From assembly GCA_047605185.1 (NCBI GenBank), contig JASGGC010000012.1, positions 4,630-68,629 on the forward strand: a DNA stretch of 64,000 bases, given 5' to 3'. The stretch is from Dysgonomonas sp. Its GTDB lineage: Bacteria; Bacteroidota; Bacteroidia; Bacteroidales; Dysgonomonadaceae. Shown here piece after piece: positions 1 through 9,142 of this stretch (the first letter of the stretch is position 1; each line of letters opens with the position of its first letter). Position numbers and translations under genes: made by a program. The notes below the pieces were generated by a model. The model worked only from the letters and a program-made list of their open reading frames with translations, made no database searches and had not been told where the DNA came from.

Positions 1-487
1 TCTCTAAAAGCTCTTGCGATGTGGCTCTTGTTGCTAACCCTTGTGGATCTCTTATTTCAGCCTTTATTTTTCCATCTAACCCATAAGCGAAATAAGGACC
101 GGCAAAAAATACGACATTAGATTCTTTTCCCGATTGAGCTTTGTACGCAGCCCTTATTGGCATTTGCAAATAAGTAGTATTAATATTGTTATCGACATAA
201 TATGAACTTTCTGTAGTTCTTCTGAAATCTTCTAAATAAGAACCTTTTTTTGTTATCTCTAATCCACTTTCTATCCCCCATGATGATGGAAATGTGTAGC
301 TTACAGTAATTCCCCCTATCGGAGCAATTTTAGATTGGCTATTGTCATCTGATCCTGATATAACAGAGAAATACGATCCACCTTTCAGTCCCAGGTCAAA
401 ACCACTTCTTGCTACTTGTGCTTTTAATGTTGTTGATACAAAAAATAGCATAAAAGCAGATAATAATGTTATGTAATTTTTTCTCAT
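1..487 (-). CDS. Small outer-membrane beta-barrel protein (porin-like); N-terminal part only, the C-terminus runs off the left edge
   Basis: Absent from the ORF track because no stop codon lies inside the window. The reverse complement from 487 reads ATG AGA AAA AAT TAC..., giving MRKNYITLLSAFMLFFVSTTLKAQVARSGFDLGLKGGSYFSVISG...VFFAGPYFAYGLDGKIKAEI, open to position 1. It has a Sec signal peptide ending in AQ, followed by a Gly/aromatic-rich alternating pattern typical of small Bacteroidota OM barrels. Confidence 0.7.
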   Translation of the reverse strand, partial: MRKNYITLLSAFMLFFVSTTLKAQVARSGFDLGLKGGSYFSVISGSDDNSQSKIAPIGGITVSYTFPSSWGIESGLEITKKGSYLEDFRRTTESSYYVDNNINTTYLQMPIRAAYKAQSGKESNVVFFAGPYFAYGLDGKIKAEIRDPQGLATRATSQELLE

Positions 488-683
488 CGTTGTCAAGTTT
501 AAATAACTGTTTATAAATATAATTTATATCTATCTCTACTGTATAAACATATCTGAATGAGGAAAAGTTTGTGTACAAATAAAATATTTTAAAATATTTC
601 AACAATTAACATGTAATAGTTTGTTTTATAGTTGTTTATTTGTTTTTTGTGGATGGGTATTACTTGATTTTTAATCTTGAATT

Positions 684-723
684 AATAAAAAAACCGGAAT
701 TAATTCAAGATTAATTCCGGTTT
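684..723 (-). terminator. Rho-independent terminator after the GpsA-family gene
   Basis: Perfect 13-bp stem, aaaccggaattaa (691-703) pairing with ttaattccggttt (711-723), with a 7-nt loop. On the minus strand it is followed by TTTTATT and lies 44 nt past the stop at 767. Confidence 0.8.
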
Positions 724-766
724 ACATAATATCTATTACTCTTTTGAGCAAGTGTATTTAAATAGT

Positions 767-1813
767 TTATGGTTTTGGAGGAAGGACAGCCTCTGAGATA
801 ATTTTCACTACAGGTCTTTTAGTCCCGTTAAGGATTTCATTCACTGCTTTTAATAAAAGAAGCTTGTCTTTTATTTGAGGAGCTGATTGGTCAACAAATG
901 TTTCAGCTAATCCCGCAGCAGGTACACCTTCTACAGTTTGTTCTAGGCGATCCATTTCTGCAAGAGCCTCTTTTGCAGTTTCACCTTTGCCTATTCTGAC
1001 TCCATATACTTTATTCCTTCCGGAAAGACCTGTAACCTCTAAATCCCCAACACCGGGAAGTCCAAAAGCAGTTTCTGGTTTAGCCCCCATTGCTTGTCCT
1101 AATAGTGACATCTCTTTTACAGCTTGATTGAATATGGCAGCCTTCAAATTGTGATGAGGAAATCCTGTTCCTTCCTCCAATCCATCGGCAATACCAAGGG
1201 CAATTGCATACACATTTTTCATTGGTGCACATATTTCAACCCCGGTTTCATCGTCTGTTGCTTCAATACAATAGACCTCTGTGCGTACTTCTCTTGCATA
1301 TTTGCGTGAAACTTCAAGATCTTTACACCCGAATATTGTAGCAGTCGGCTTACCTTCGGCACATTCATTTGCTTTCACAGGTCCTGCAATAGCTACTATT
1401 GGAGGTATTGCAGTATTGTTTTTTTTTGCAATTGTGCGTATCGCATCAGGGAGCAATTGTATTTTCCCATTGTCGTCAGGACAAAAGCCTTTAGATGTAA
1501 GCCATAATGCTTTAGCTTTGGAAATTCCTTTTAGTGCCATTTCTGTTACCTTCGGAACACCACCTGATGCTACTGACATTACAATAACATCCGCACCTTG
1601 CAATGCTTCTTCCAACTGGCTGGAACGGTATAGCTTCACCCCTTGAGCCAACATTACCTTTGTTCGTGGATGTGGTTTCCCTGCTTCACAGGCATCTATT
1701 AGATGGTCATCTAACCAAGTTCCCCAAAGTCTTACATCCCAACCCGATTGACGGAGTGGGGTACATAAACCGGAACCCATTGCTCCGGCACCCAAAATTG
1801 TTATAGTTCCCAT
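767..1813 (-). CDS. NAD(P)H-dependent glycerol-3-phosphate dehydrogenase family protein (divergent GpsA-like)
   Basis: 348 aa with ATG at 1813. It has the Rossmann motif ILGAGAMGSG and the family motifs KNVYAIALGIADGL and GDLEVTGLSGRN. Canonical GpsA, as I recall, has GDLxLTCxSxxSRN there, so the fold is clear but the substrate-site region has diverged. It is the last gene of a minus-strand operon with two FGGY kinases. Confidence 0.8.
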   Translation of the reverse strand: MGTITILGAGAMGSGLCTPLRQSGWDVRLWGTWLDDHLIDACEAGKPHPRTKVMLAQGVKLYRSSQLEEALQGADVIVMSVASGGVPKVTEMALKGISKAKALWLTSKGFCPDDNGKIQLLPDAIRTIAKKNNTAIPPIVAIAGPVKANECAEGKPTATIFGCKDLEVSRKYAREVRTEVYCIEATDDETGVEICAPMKNVYAIALGIADGLEEGTGFPHHNLKAAIFNQAVKEMSLLGQAMGAKPETAFGLPGVGDLEVTGLSGRNKVYGVRIGKGETAKEALAEMDRLEQTVEGVPAAGLAETFVDQSAPQIKDKLLLLKAVNEILNGTKRPVVKIISEAVLPPKP

Positions 1814-1846
1814 TTCTCAATATTTTAATTAAACTTTTATTACTAA

Positions 1847-3418
1847 TTAGAGTTCGTTCTTTGGTGATTCAGGTTTTGGTCCCGGATACATTTCGGACAA
1901 AACATGAAGCTGTTTAAATATATCTTTCAATTGAGGATATAATTGGCGTTGAATTTTTCCGACTTCATTGTACATTTCAGTTTGTTCTTTATTCGGATAA
2001 ATTGTTTCTCCTAATCGAACCATCTGTTTCGCAGCATGGGCAATATCAGTGTTTCCAAAATAGCCTGTGCTTGCCATAGCCTGAGCCGCTGCTCCGAGTG
2101 CAGATATTTCATCCTCCAGACAAATTGTAACAGGAATTCCTACAATATCGGTTATAATTTGTCTCCATAATTTTGATCTGGATCCACCTCCCATTATTCG
2201 TAACGAATTCAGTTTAACCCCTGTGTTTTGCTGTAGAAACTCTAGGTTTAATTTTACTTCAAAAGCAATTGCCTCTAAAATAGATCTGTACATGTGTGCA
2301 CGTGAATGAGTTCCCCGCCACCCGATTATTGCACCTCGTGCAAATGCATCCCAATACGGGCTTTGCACAGCATTCCAATATGGAAGAGTTACTAAGCCAT
2401 CACAACCCGGTGATAGGCGTGAAGCCTCTTCATCTAATTTCGGATCGGGTTCACCTAATAATTTCGGATCGCCAAGCGCTTGCCTGAACCATCCGGCCAG
2501 ATAGGCGCCTGAATGTTGTGTGACCTCAAATACATAATTATTTTTTATACCCGAAACATAGGTTCTGAAAACAGAGTCTGATTTGTACGTCGAGCTTTCC
2601 ACGCCTGCCACTACAGCAGTTCCTAAGTTTAGGTATGCAATATCTGGTGAAACTGCTGCAGAACCTATCCCCGCTGCCATTCCATCTCCACATCCTGATA
2701 TGATTGGAATTGCTTTAGCCAGTTTCCATTCTGCTACCAGTTCTTGTTTTAGAGTGTCTATGACATCTCCGGCTGGGACAAGATCTGCCATCTGTTCTCT
2801 TTTTACACCTGCTATTTCGAGTAACTCGTCACTATAGTCACGTTTTCTGATATCTAATAACCCTAAAGTGTCGGCACATGCTTGCGATGAAGCCCACCGT
2901 CCAGTAAGATTCCAGTTCAGGTAAGCTGCAACATCTACTATTTTATATGCTTTTTCTAAAGTTTCCGGCTCATTTTCCTTGAGCCATGCCATTTTATATA
3001 TTGCAGGTGGCTCACCCGGAGGTTTACCTGATAAGTCATGAATATGTTTAGACCCATATTGTTGAATCTGTTTCTTAGCTCTTCCGTCCAACCACAATAT
3101 TCCATTTCGGATAGGCTTTCCATCTTTATCAAATGCCGCAAAACTTTCACGTTGATGTGTAATACCTATTGCAGCAATTCGTCCTCTGTCTTTCTCTGAT
3201 AATTCGGATAGAGCGTCAGTAATACTATTATATGTGCTTTCCCACCATCTGATTGGATTATGTTCGTAAAAATCCATTGCCGGTGTATGTAATTGGATGT
3301 TGTGTTTTGCTGATGCTATCACATGCCCATCAACATCAACTATAATCGCCTTTGTTGATGTTGTCGATGAGTCGATTGCAATAACTAGTGGACTGTCCGC
3401 ATTTGTTTTATTTGTCAT
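1847..3418 (-). CDS. FGGY-family carbohydrate/polyol kinase (paralogue 2 of a tandem pair)
   Basis: 523 aa. It has the actin-fold phosphate-1 motif IAIDSSTTSTKAIIVD, GITHQRESF, and the C-terminal FGGY motifs MGGGSRSKLW and EISALGAA. It is colinear and equal in length with the upstream paralogue. Confidence 0.85.
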   Translation of the reverse strand: MTNKTNADSPLVIAIDSSTTSTKAIIVDVDGHVIASAKHNIQLHTPAMDFYEHNPIRWWESTYNSITDALSELSEKDRGRIAAIGITHQRESFAAFDKDGKPIRNGILWLDGRAKKQIQQYGSKHIHDLSGKPPGEPPAIYKMAWLKENEPETLEKAYKIVDVAAYLNWNLTGRWASSQACADTLGLLDIRKRDYSDELLEIAGVKREQMADLVPAGDVIDTLKQELVAEWKLAKAIPIISGCGDGMAAGIGSAAVSPDIAYLNLGTAVVAGVESSTYKSDSVFRTYVSGIKNNYVFEVTQHSGAYLAGWFRQALGDPKLLGEPDPKLDEEASRLSPGCDGLVTLPYWNAVQSPYWDAFARGAIIGWRGTHSRAHMYRSILEAIAFEVKLNLEFLQQNTGVKLNSLRIMGGGSRSKLWRQIITDIVGIPVTICLEDEISALGAAAQAMASTGYFGNTDIAHAAKQMVRLGETIYPNKEQTEMYNEVGKIQRQLYPQLKDIFKQLHVLSEMYPGPKPESPKNEL

Positions 3419-3445
3419 GTTTTATAGATATTATATTTATATGAG

Positions 3446-5017
3446 TTAAAGTTCAGATTTTGGAGACTCTGGTTTTGGACCCGGATATTTTTCTCCTAAA
3501 ACATGTAATTGTTCAAATACATTTTTCAACTGAGGATATAATTGATATTGAACCTTTGCTATATCTTCATATATTTTTGTTTTTTCAAGATCTGGGTTTA
3601 TTGTTTCACCGAAATGTGCCATCTGGTTAGCAGCATATGCAACATCATTATTGCCATAAACACCTGTACTTGCCATTGCCAATACAGCTGCTCCAAGAGC
3701 TGAAATTTCGTCTTGTAAACAAATTGTAATAGGAATTCCAATTATGTCAGCCATTATTTGAGTCCATAAACGTGATCGGGTTCCCCCACCCATTGCGCGT
3801 ATTGATTTGATAGGTACACCTGTTCCTTTTTGTATTGACTCAAGATTAAGTTTCATTTCGAAACCAATGGACTCTAGTATGGATCTGTACATATGTGCAC
3901 GTGAATGAGTTCCACGCCAACCGACTACCGCACCTCTCGCTACAGGATCCCAATATGGGCTTTGCACCGCATTCCAATAAGGAAGAGTTACCAAACCCTC
4001 ACAGCCCGGAGGTATTTGTGAAGCCAGTTTATCCAGTTCAGGATCGGGCTCGCCCAATAGTTTCGGATCACCTAACGATTGTCTGAACCATCCGGCAAGA
4101 TATGATCCTGATGATTGAAGAACCTCAAAAACAAAATTGCCTTTTATCCCTGACACATGGGTTCTGAACACAGGATCGCATTTATATATAGGACTCTCTA
4201 TTCCGGCATTTACGGCCGTTCCCATATTTAGGTAGGCTATTTCAGGAGACACAGCTGCTGCACCGATTCCCGCAGCTTGTCCATCACCCAATCCGGCTAT
4301 TATTGGAATCGATTGTGATAATTTCCATTCATCAACTAGTTCTTGTTTTAGCATCGCTATAACTTCCCCCGGAGGAACAAGGTCTGCCATCTGGCTACGT
4401 GTTACACCTGCAATTTCGAGCAGTTCGTCACTATAGTCAAATTTTTGAATATCTAAGACTCCCAACGAGTCAACAGCAGCAACAGATGTTGCCCATCGGT
4501 CGGTCAAATTCCAAGTAATATATCCCAATACATCTACAACCTTGTGTGCTTTTTTGAAAATTTCAGGTTCATTTTCTTTTACCCATGCCATTTTGTATAG
4601 GCCTGGTGTTACACCAGGTGGTTTTCCCGACAACTCATGTATATGAGTCGAACCATAGGCTCTGATTTGCTTTGCAGCCCGGCTGTCGAGCCATAATATT
4701 CCATTCCGTAATGGTTGGCCTTTTTCGTCAAAAGGAGCAAAACTTTCACGTTGGTGTGTTATGCCAATTGCTGCAATTCTTTTCCTTTCTTCTTCTGAAA
4801 GTTTAGAAATGGCTTCGCCAATGGCTTCATGGGTACTTTCCCACCATCTGGTCGGATTGTGTTCATAAAAATCCATTGCAGGTGTATGCAATTGGATGTT
4901 TCGTTTGCCTGTCTGTAAGACATTACCTTTAGAATCTACAACTATTGCTTTGGATGATGTTGTTGATGAGTCGATTGCAATAACTAAAGGGTCTTTGATT
5001 GTTTGAGTAGCTTTCAT
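3446..5017 (-). CDS. FGGY-family carbohydrate/polyol kinase (paralogue 1 of a tandem pair)
   Basis: 523 aa with the same motifs (IAIDSSTTSSKAIVVD, GITHQRESF, MGGGTRSRLW). By eye it is roughly 70% identical to 1847..3418 with no indels. Both end in YPGPKPESPK(N/S)EL. Confidence 0.85.
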   Translation of the reverse strand: MKATQTIKDPLVIAIDSSTTSSKAIVVDSKGNVLQTGKRNIQLHTPAMDFYEHNPTRWWESTHEAIGEAISKLSEEERKRIAAIGITHQRESFAPFDEKGQPLRNGILWLDSRAAKQIRAYGSTHIHELSGKPPGVTPGLYKMAWVKENEPEIFKKAHKVVDVLGYITWNLTDRWATSVAAVDSLGVLDIQKFDYSDELLEIAGVTRSQMADLVPPGEVIAMLKQELVDEWKLSQSIPIIAGLGDGQAAGIGAAAVSPEIAYLNMGTAVNAGIESPIYKCDPVFRTHVSGIKGNFVFEVLQSSGSYLAGWFRQSLGDPKLLGEPDPELDKLASQIPPGCEGLVTLPYWNAVQSPYWDPVARGAVVGWRGTHSRAHMYRSILESIGFEMKLNLESIQKGTGVPIKSIRAMGGGTRSRLWTQIMADIIGIPITICLQDEISALGAAVLAMASTGVYGNNDVAYAANQMAHFGETINPDLEKTKIYEDIAKVQYQLYPQLKNVFEQLHVLGEKYPGPKPESPKSEL

Positions 5018-5118
5018 GATAAATTAATTTTAGTTAACAGGTTTACATTATGTCTGTTTGAGTTTTTTATGGTTAGGTATAAATTCAGAAATCCAAATTA
5101 AAACAATTATATCCAAAA

Positions 5119-5140
5119 ACGAAAGTAAATAGTCTTTCGA
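5119..5140. promoter_or_regulatory. Candidate DeoR-type operator (aCGAAA-N10-TTTCGa) in the divergent FGGY-operon / HAD promoter region
   Basis: acgaaagtaaatagtctttcga. The same CGAAA-N10-TTTCG architecture, with a spacer also ending in agtc, recurs at 24973..24996. Confidence 0.4.
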
Positions 5141-5441
5141 TTTATTTCTAATTTAATTAAAAAAAGTTAAATAAGCTTTGTGGAGCTATCTTTTTGTGTT
5201 TGTTTATTCTGACATTGATCTTATTTTTCTTAATAGGATTTATATTTTGTTTTCTTGGAGTTGTACTTTTATTATGCAGATTATTAGTCGGTTGTTTAGA
5301 TGTTGAGAGTTGAAGGTTGTCTTTCTTTTGGGGGTATATATCCGCTTGGTATATTAATTGTCCCTTGCTCTATTGCCCTGTTTGATTAACTTATCTGGCT
5401 AAACTTTGTTAGCTTTGTCTTGAAAAAACAAAATAAAGATT

Positions 5442-6101
5442 ATGATAAAACTAGTTATTTTCGATTTAGACGGTACTTTGCTAAATACATTAGATGATTT
5501 AGCAGATTCTTGTAATTATATATTGAATAAGTATGGATTTCCCGAACATCCGGTAGAAGCATATCGCTATTTTGTCGGAAACGGGGTTGCCAAACTGGTA
5601 GAACGCGCCTTGCCTGAAGATGTAAGGACTCCCGAATTTATAGAGAAAGTAAGAAAAGATTTTGTTGAATATTACAGTGCCCATGCAGAGGACAAAACAT
5701 GCCCTTATGATGGGATTTTGAAACTGTTGGAGGATATTTCCGCTAAAGATATAAATTTGGCGGTGGCTTCTAATAAATTTATAGCAGGTACAAAAGCTTT
5801 GGTAAAGAAATACTTTGATCATATAGAATTTACTTCAGTTTTAGGGCAGCGCGAAGGAGTTCCTGTAAAACCAAATCCTCAGATTGTATATGATGTAATG
5901 GCCGAATCTGGAATTACCGACAAAAAACATATATTATATATAGGTGACTCCGGAGCAGATATGAAGACTGCTATGAATGCAGGAGTCGAAAGTGTCGGTG
6001 TGCTATGGGGGTTTAGAGATAGAGCCGAATTGAAAGAGAATGGTGCATCTTATTTTGTTGAATCACCAACCGAAATTTTAGATATTATAAGTAAGCTTTG
6101 A
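5442..6101 (+). CDS. HAD-IA family hydrolase (phosphoglycolate/sugar-phosphate phosphatase-like)
   Basis: 219 aa. It has HAD motif I VIFDLDGTLLNT, motif II ASNK, and motif IV YIGDSGADM. Confidence 0.8.
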   Translation: MIKLVIFDLDGTLLNTLDDLADSCNYILNKYGFPEHPVEAYRYFVGNGVAKLVERALPEDVRTPEFIEKVRKDFVEYYSAHAEDKTCPYDGILKLLEDISAKDINLAVASNKFIAGTKALVKKYFDHIEFTSVLGQREGVPVKPNPQIVYDVMAESGITDKKHILYIGDSGADMKTAMNAGVESVGVLWGFRDRAELKENGASYFVESPTEILDIISKL

Positions 6102-6199
6102 TTTTGATATAGGTAGTTTGAATAATTGCATATTGAAAAAATATTCTATAACATTATTTTTTTTATTTCGAAAAGTTGCGATTGTTTTCTTTTTAGTTT

Positions 6200-6207
6200 T
6201 ATATTTG
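6200..6207 (+). promoter_or_regulatory. Possible Bacteroidota -7 promoter box (TAnnTTTG) for glpABC
   Basis: TATATTTG lies 32 nt upstream of the glpA ATG. The upstream -33 element is poor (ATTG). Confidence 0.3.
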
Positions 6208-6239
6208 TGATATCGTAAAACTAAAAAAACTACCTATCT

Positions 6240-7895
6240 ATGGAAAAAGATTGTTCTAAAACTAGCAAAACAAAACCATATGATGTCATTGTTATAGGAG
6301 GTGGTGCTACAGGAGCGGGGGTTGCTCGTGACTGTTCGCGTCGTGGGCTTTCTGTGCTTCTCATCGAAAGATACGATTTGGCTACAGGGGCTACAGGTCG
6401 TAATCATGGTTTGTTACATAGTGGTGCTCGGTATGCAGTGACCGACAAAGAGTCTGCAGAAGAGTGTATTCAAGAAAACATGATTCTGAGAAGAATTGCA
6501 AGTCATTGCGTAGAGGATACTCAAGGCTTGTTTTTAAGCTTACCTGAAGATGATTTGTCTTATCAGGATAAATTCGTACAGTCATGTCAGATTGCCGGTA
6601 TCAATGCCCAGATCATAGATCCGAAGGAAGCCTTGTTGTTGGAGCCTTCTGCAAATCCTTCTCTTATAGGGGCTGTTAAAGTACCTGATGGCTCCGTAGA
6701 TCCTTTCCGATTGACCTTGTCTAATGTTTTGGATGCAAAAGCTCATGGGGCCGATGTGTTGACCTACCACGAAGTAGTTGGTTTTGTGAAAGAGCAGAAT
6801 AGAATAATCGGGGTTAAAGTAATCGATCATAAATCGAAACAAACGAAAGAAATATATGGAAATATAACCGTAAATGCCGGAGGTATTTGGGGACAGCATA
6901 TTTCAGAATTTGCCGATGTCAAAATTAAAATGTTCCCGGCTAAAGGTTCGTTGTTAATCTTCGGACACAGAATAAATAAGTATGTGTTAAATCGCTGTCG
7001 TAAACCGGCCGATGCAGATATTTTAGTTCCCGGCGACACTATTTGTCTTATCGGTACAACATCTATTCATGTTGAATATGACCAGATAGATAACATGTTT
7101 GTTACACCCGAGGAAGTAGATGTATTGATTAGAGAAGGCGAAAAACTTTCTCCAATTCTATCTCAGACTCGTATACTTCGTGCATATGCCGGAGTCCGTC
7201 CTTTAGTTGCTGCAGATAACGATCCTACCGGACGAAATATTAGCCGTGGCATTGTCTTACTCGACCATGCAGAACGCGATGGGTTAGAAGGCTATGTTAC
7301 TATAACAGGTGGAAAATTAATGACATACCGATTGATGGCAGAACTCACTACAGATTTGGTTTGTAAGAAACTGAATGTTACTGCCGAATGTACAACTGCA
7401 AAAGAGAATTTGCCCGGTTCGCGTGAATCCTCCGAAGAGGTTAATCGTAAAATGACTTCTGTACCTGTGTCCATACGTGAATCAATGATTTATCGTCATG
7501 GAGATATGGTTAGCGAAATGCCAGAAAGTGATACTTTCTCCAGAAGCCTTGTTTGCGAATGTGAAGAAGTCTCGGTGGGTGAAGTTGAATACGCGAAAGA
7601 TAAATTGAATGTTAATAATCTGGTCGATTTACGTCGGCGCACACGTGTTGGAATGGGGACATGTCAAGGTGCTCTGTGTGCTTGTCGTGCAGCTGGCTTG
7701 ATGAGCCAACTTAGAGGGACTTATAGTTCAGACCGGTCGAAAGAAGATCTGGCCATGTTTCTTGATGAACGCTGGCGTGGAGTATACCCTATATCGTGGG
7801 GGGATAGTCTTCGCGAAAGTGAATATGCTTCGTGGGTATATGAGAATGTATGTGGATTAAGTTTACCTGAAAATAAGAAAGAATATGAAGTTTGA
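6240..7895 (+). CDS. glpA: Anaerobic glycerol-3-phosphate dehydrogenase subunit A
   Basis: 551 aa. It has the FAD dinucleotide motif VIVIGGGATGAG and a C-terminal BFD-like Cys cluster (CECEEVS...GTCQGALCAC). It is followed by glpB and glpC. Confidence 0.9.
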   Translation: MEKDCSKTSKTKPYDVIVIGGGATGAGVARDCSRRGLSVLLIERYDLATGATGRNHGLLHSGARYAVTDKESAEECIQENMILRRIASHCVEDTQGLFLSLPEDDLSYQDKFVQSCQIAGINAQIIDPKEALLLEPSANPSLIGAVKVPDGSVDPFRLTLSNVLDAKAHGADVLTYHEVVGFVKEQNRIIGVKVIDHKSKQTKEIYGNITVNAGGIWGQHISEFADVKIKMFPAKGSLLIFGHRINKYVLNRCRKPADADILVPGDTICLIGTTSIHVEYDQIDNMFVTPEEVDVLIREGEKLSPILSQTRILRAYAGVRPLVAADNDPTGRNISRGIVLLDHAERDGLEGYVTITGGKLMTYRLMAELTTDLVCKKLNVTAECTTAKENLPGSRESSEEVNRKMTSVPVSIRESMIYRHGDMVSEMPESDTFSRSLVCECEEVSVGEVEYAKDKLNVNNLVDLRRRTRVGMGTCQGALCACRAAGLMSQLRGTYSSDRSKEDLAMFLDERWRGVYPISWGDSLRESEYASWVYENVCGLSLPENKKEYEV

Positions 7896-9135
7896 TGCTA
7901 TAATAATAGGAGGAGGGCTAGCCGGATTGACCTGCGGTATAAAGTTGAGTCGACAGGGTAAAAAATGCCTGATCATATCGTCTGGACAAAGTGCATTGCA
8001 TTTTTCTTCAGGATCGTTTGATCTATTGAATGTGCAGGATGATAAACTGGTAGAGAATCCAACTTCAGCAATTGACCGTTTGTTAGAAGATAATCCCACA
8101 CACCCTTATTCTAAAATAGGTAAAGATAAATTTATAAAATATGCGCAAGAAGCAAAACTTTTGTTGACAGATGCTAGTGTTGCAGTTGTTGGAACTGCTG
8201 ATAAAAATCACTATCGGATTACACCAATGGGTACACTGAAGCCTACTTGGATGTCTGTAAAAGATTTTGCAACAAGCAACTCGGCTGATTCATTACCTTG
8301 GAAAAAGGTTTCGATATTTAATATTACAGGCTTCTTAGACTTTCATCCCAATTTTGTGGCAGATGAGTTCCGTAAGATGGGAGTGGAATCAGAAACTTAT
8401 TTTATAGATATGCCTGAGTTGGATACTTTGCGCCGCAATCCGAGTGAGCTTCGGGCGACTAATATCTCTCGGTTGTTCGATAATGAGGCCTCTTTAATGC
8501 ACCTGTCGGATGTTATTAAGAAAGGTAGTAAAGATTGTGATGCTGTTATATTTCCGGCATGTATCGGACTGAGTGCAAACACAATTGATAAGCTATCAAG
8601 TGTTGTTGGCAAACCAATCCATCTGATACCGACTTTTCCGCCATCGATAGTTGGTATACGTACACAGCAAACATTGAAGCATCATTTCGAAAAACTCGGG
8701 GGGGTATATATGTTGGGCGATAGTGTGACAGGTGTTGAGATCGAAGGTGATAATGCAACAAAAGTATTTACTTATAATCATGGGGATATACCGTTTGTTG
8801 GTTCTAATATTGTTTTGTCTACCGGAAGTTTCTTTAGTCAGGGGCTAGTAGCTTCTCGCGATCGTATTTTTGAACCCATCTTGGATTTGGATGTCGATTA
8901 TAAGGAAAACAGGCAAAACTGGTATACAAGAAATTTCTTCGAATCTCAGAATTATCAAACATTTGGGGTGAGAACAAATAATTCTTTTAAGGTGCAGAAG
9001 TCAGGACGCTCAATTAATAATATGTATGCAATTGGTGCAGTGTTGAGCGGATTTAATGCAATGAAGGAAGGTTGCGGGTCAGGAGTTTCTATCTTGACAG
9101 CACTATATGTAGCCGATGAAATATTAAAAGATTAA
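7885..9135 (+). CDS. glpB: Anaerobic glycerol-3-phosphate dehydrogenase subunit B
   Basis: 416 aa with the N-terminal motif IIIGGGLAGL. It overlaps glpA by 11 nt. Synteny is glpA-glpB-glpC. Confidence 0.85.
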   Translation: MKFDAIIIGGGLAGLTCGIKLSRQGKKCLIISSGQSALHFSSGSFDLLNVQDDKLVENPTSAIDRLLEDNPTHPYSKIGKDKFIKYAQEAKLLLTDASVAVVGTADKNHYRITPMGTLKPTWMSVKDFATSNSADSLPWKKVSIFNITGFLDFHPNFVADEFRKMGVESETYFIDMPELDTLRRNPSELRATNISRLFDNEASLMHLSDVIKKGSKDCDAVIFPACIGLSANTIDKLSSVVGKPIHLIPTFPPSIVGIRTQQTLKHHFEKLGGVYMLGDSVTGVEIEGDNATKVFTYNHGDIPFVGSNIVLSTGSFFSQGLVASRDRIFEPILDLDVDYKENRQNWYTRNFFESQNYQTFGVRTNNSFKVQKSGRSINNMYAIGAVLSGFNAMKEGCGSGVSILTALYVADEILKD

Positions 9136-9142
9136 GAAAGCT

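Noticed and set aside
396-605. 69-aa minus-strand ORF spanning the start of the left-edge OMP gene and its promoter region.
   Set aside because: It is out of frame with the well-supported OMP reading frame (ATG at 487). It is an AT-rich Ile/Tyr/Phe/Asn translation typical of non-coding Bacteroidota DNA.
1281-1646. Antisense or embedded ORFs from the track. Examples are 1281..1646 +, 2583..2837 +, 5499..5822 -, 6582..6899 -, 22494..22898 -, 23769..24176 -, 30022..30354 +, 41018..41494 -, 47096..47506 +, 48963..49337 + and 55220..55552 +.
   Set aside because: Each lies entirely inside, and antisense or out of frame to, a long CDS with clear family motifs. Their translations are low-complexity or hydrophobic noise. 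The paired copies 2296..2487 and 3895..4086 simply mirror the kinase duplication.
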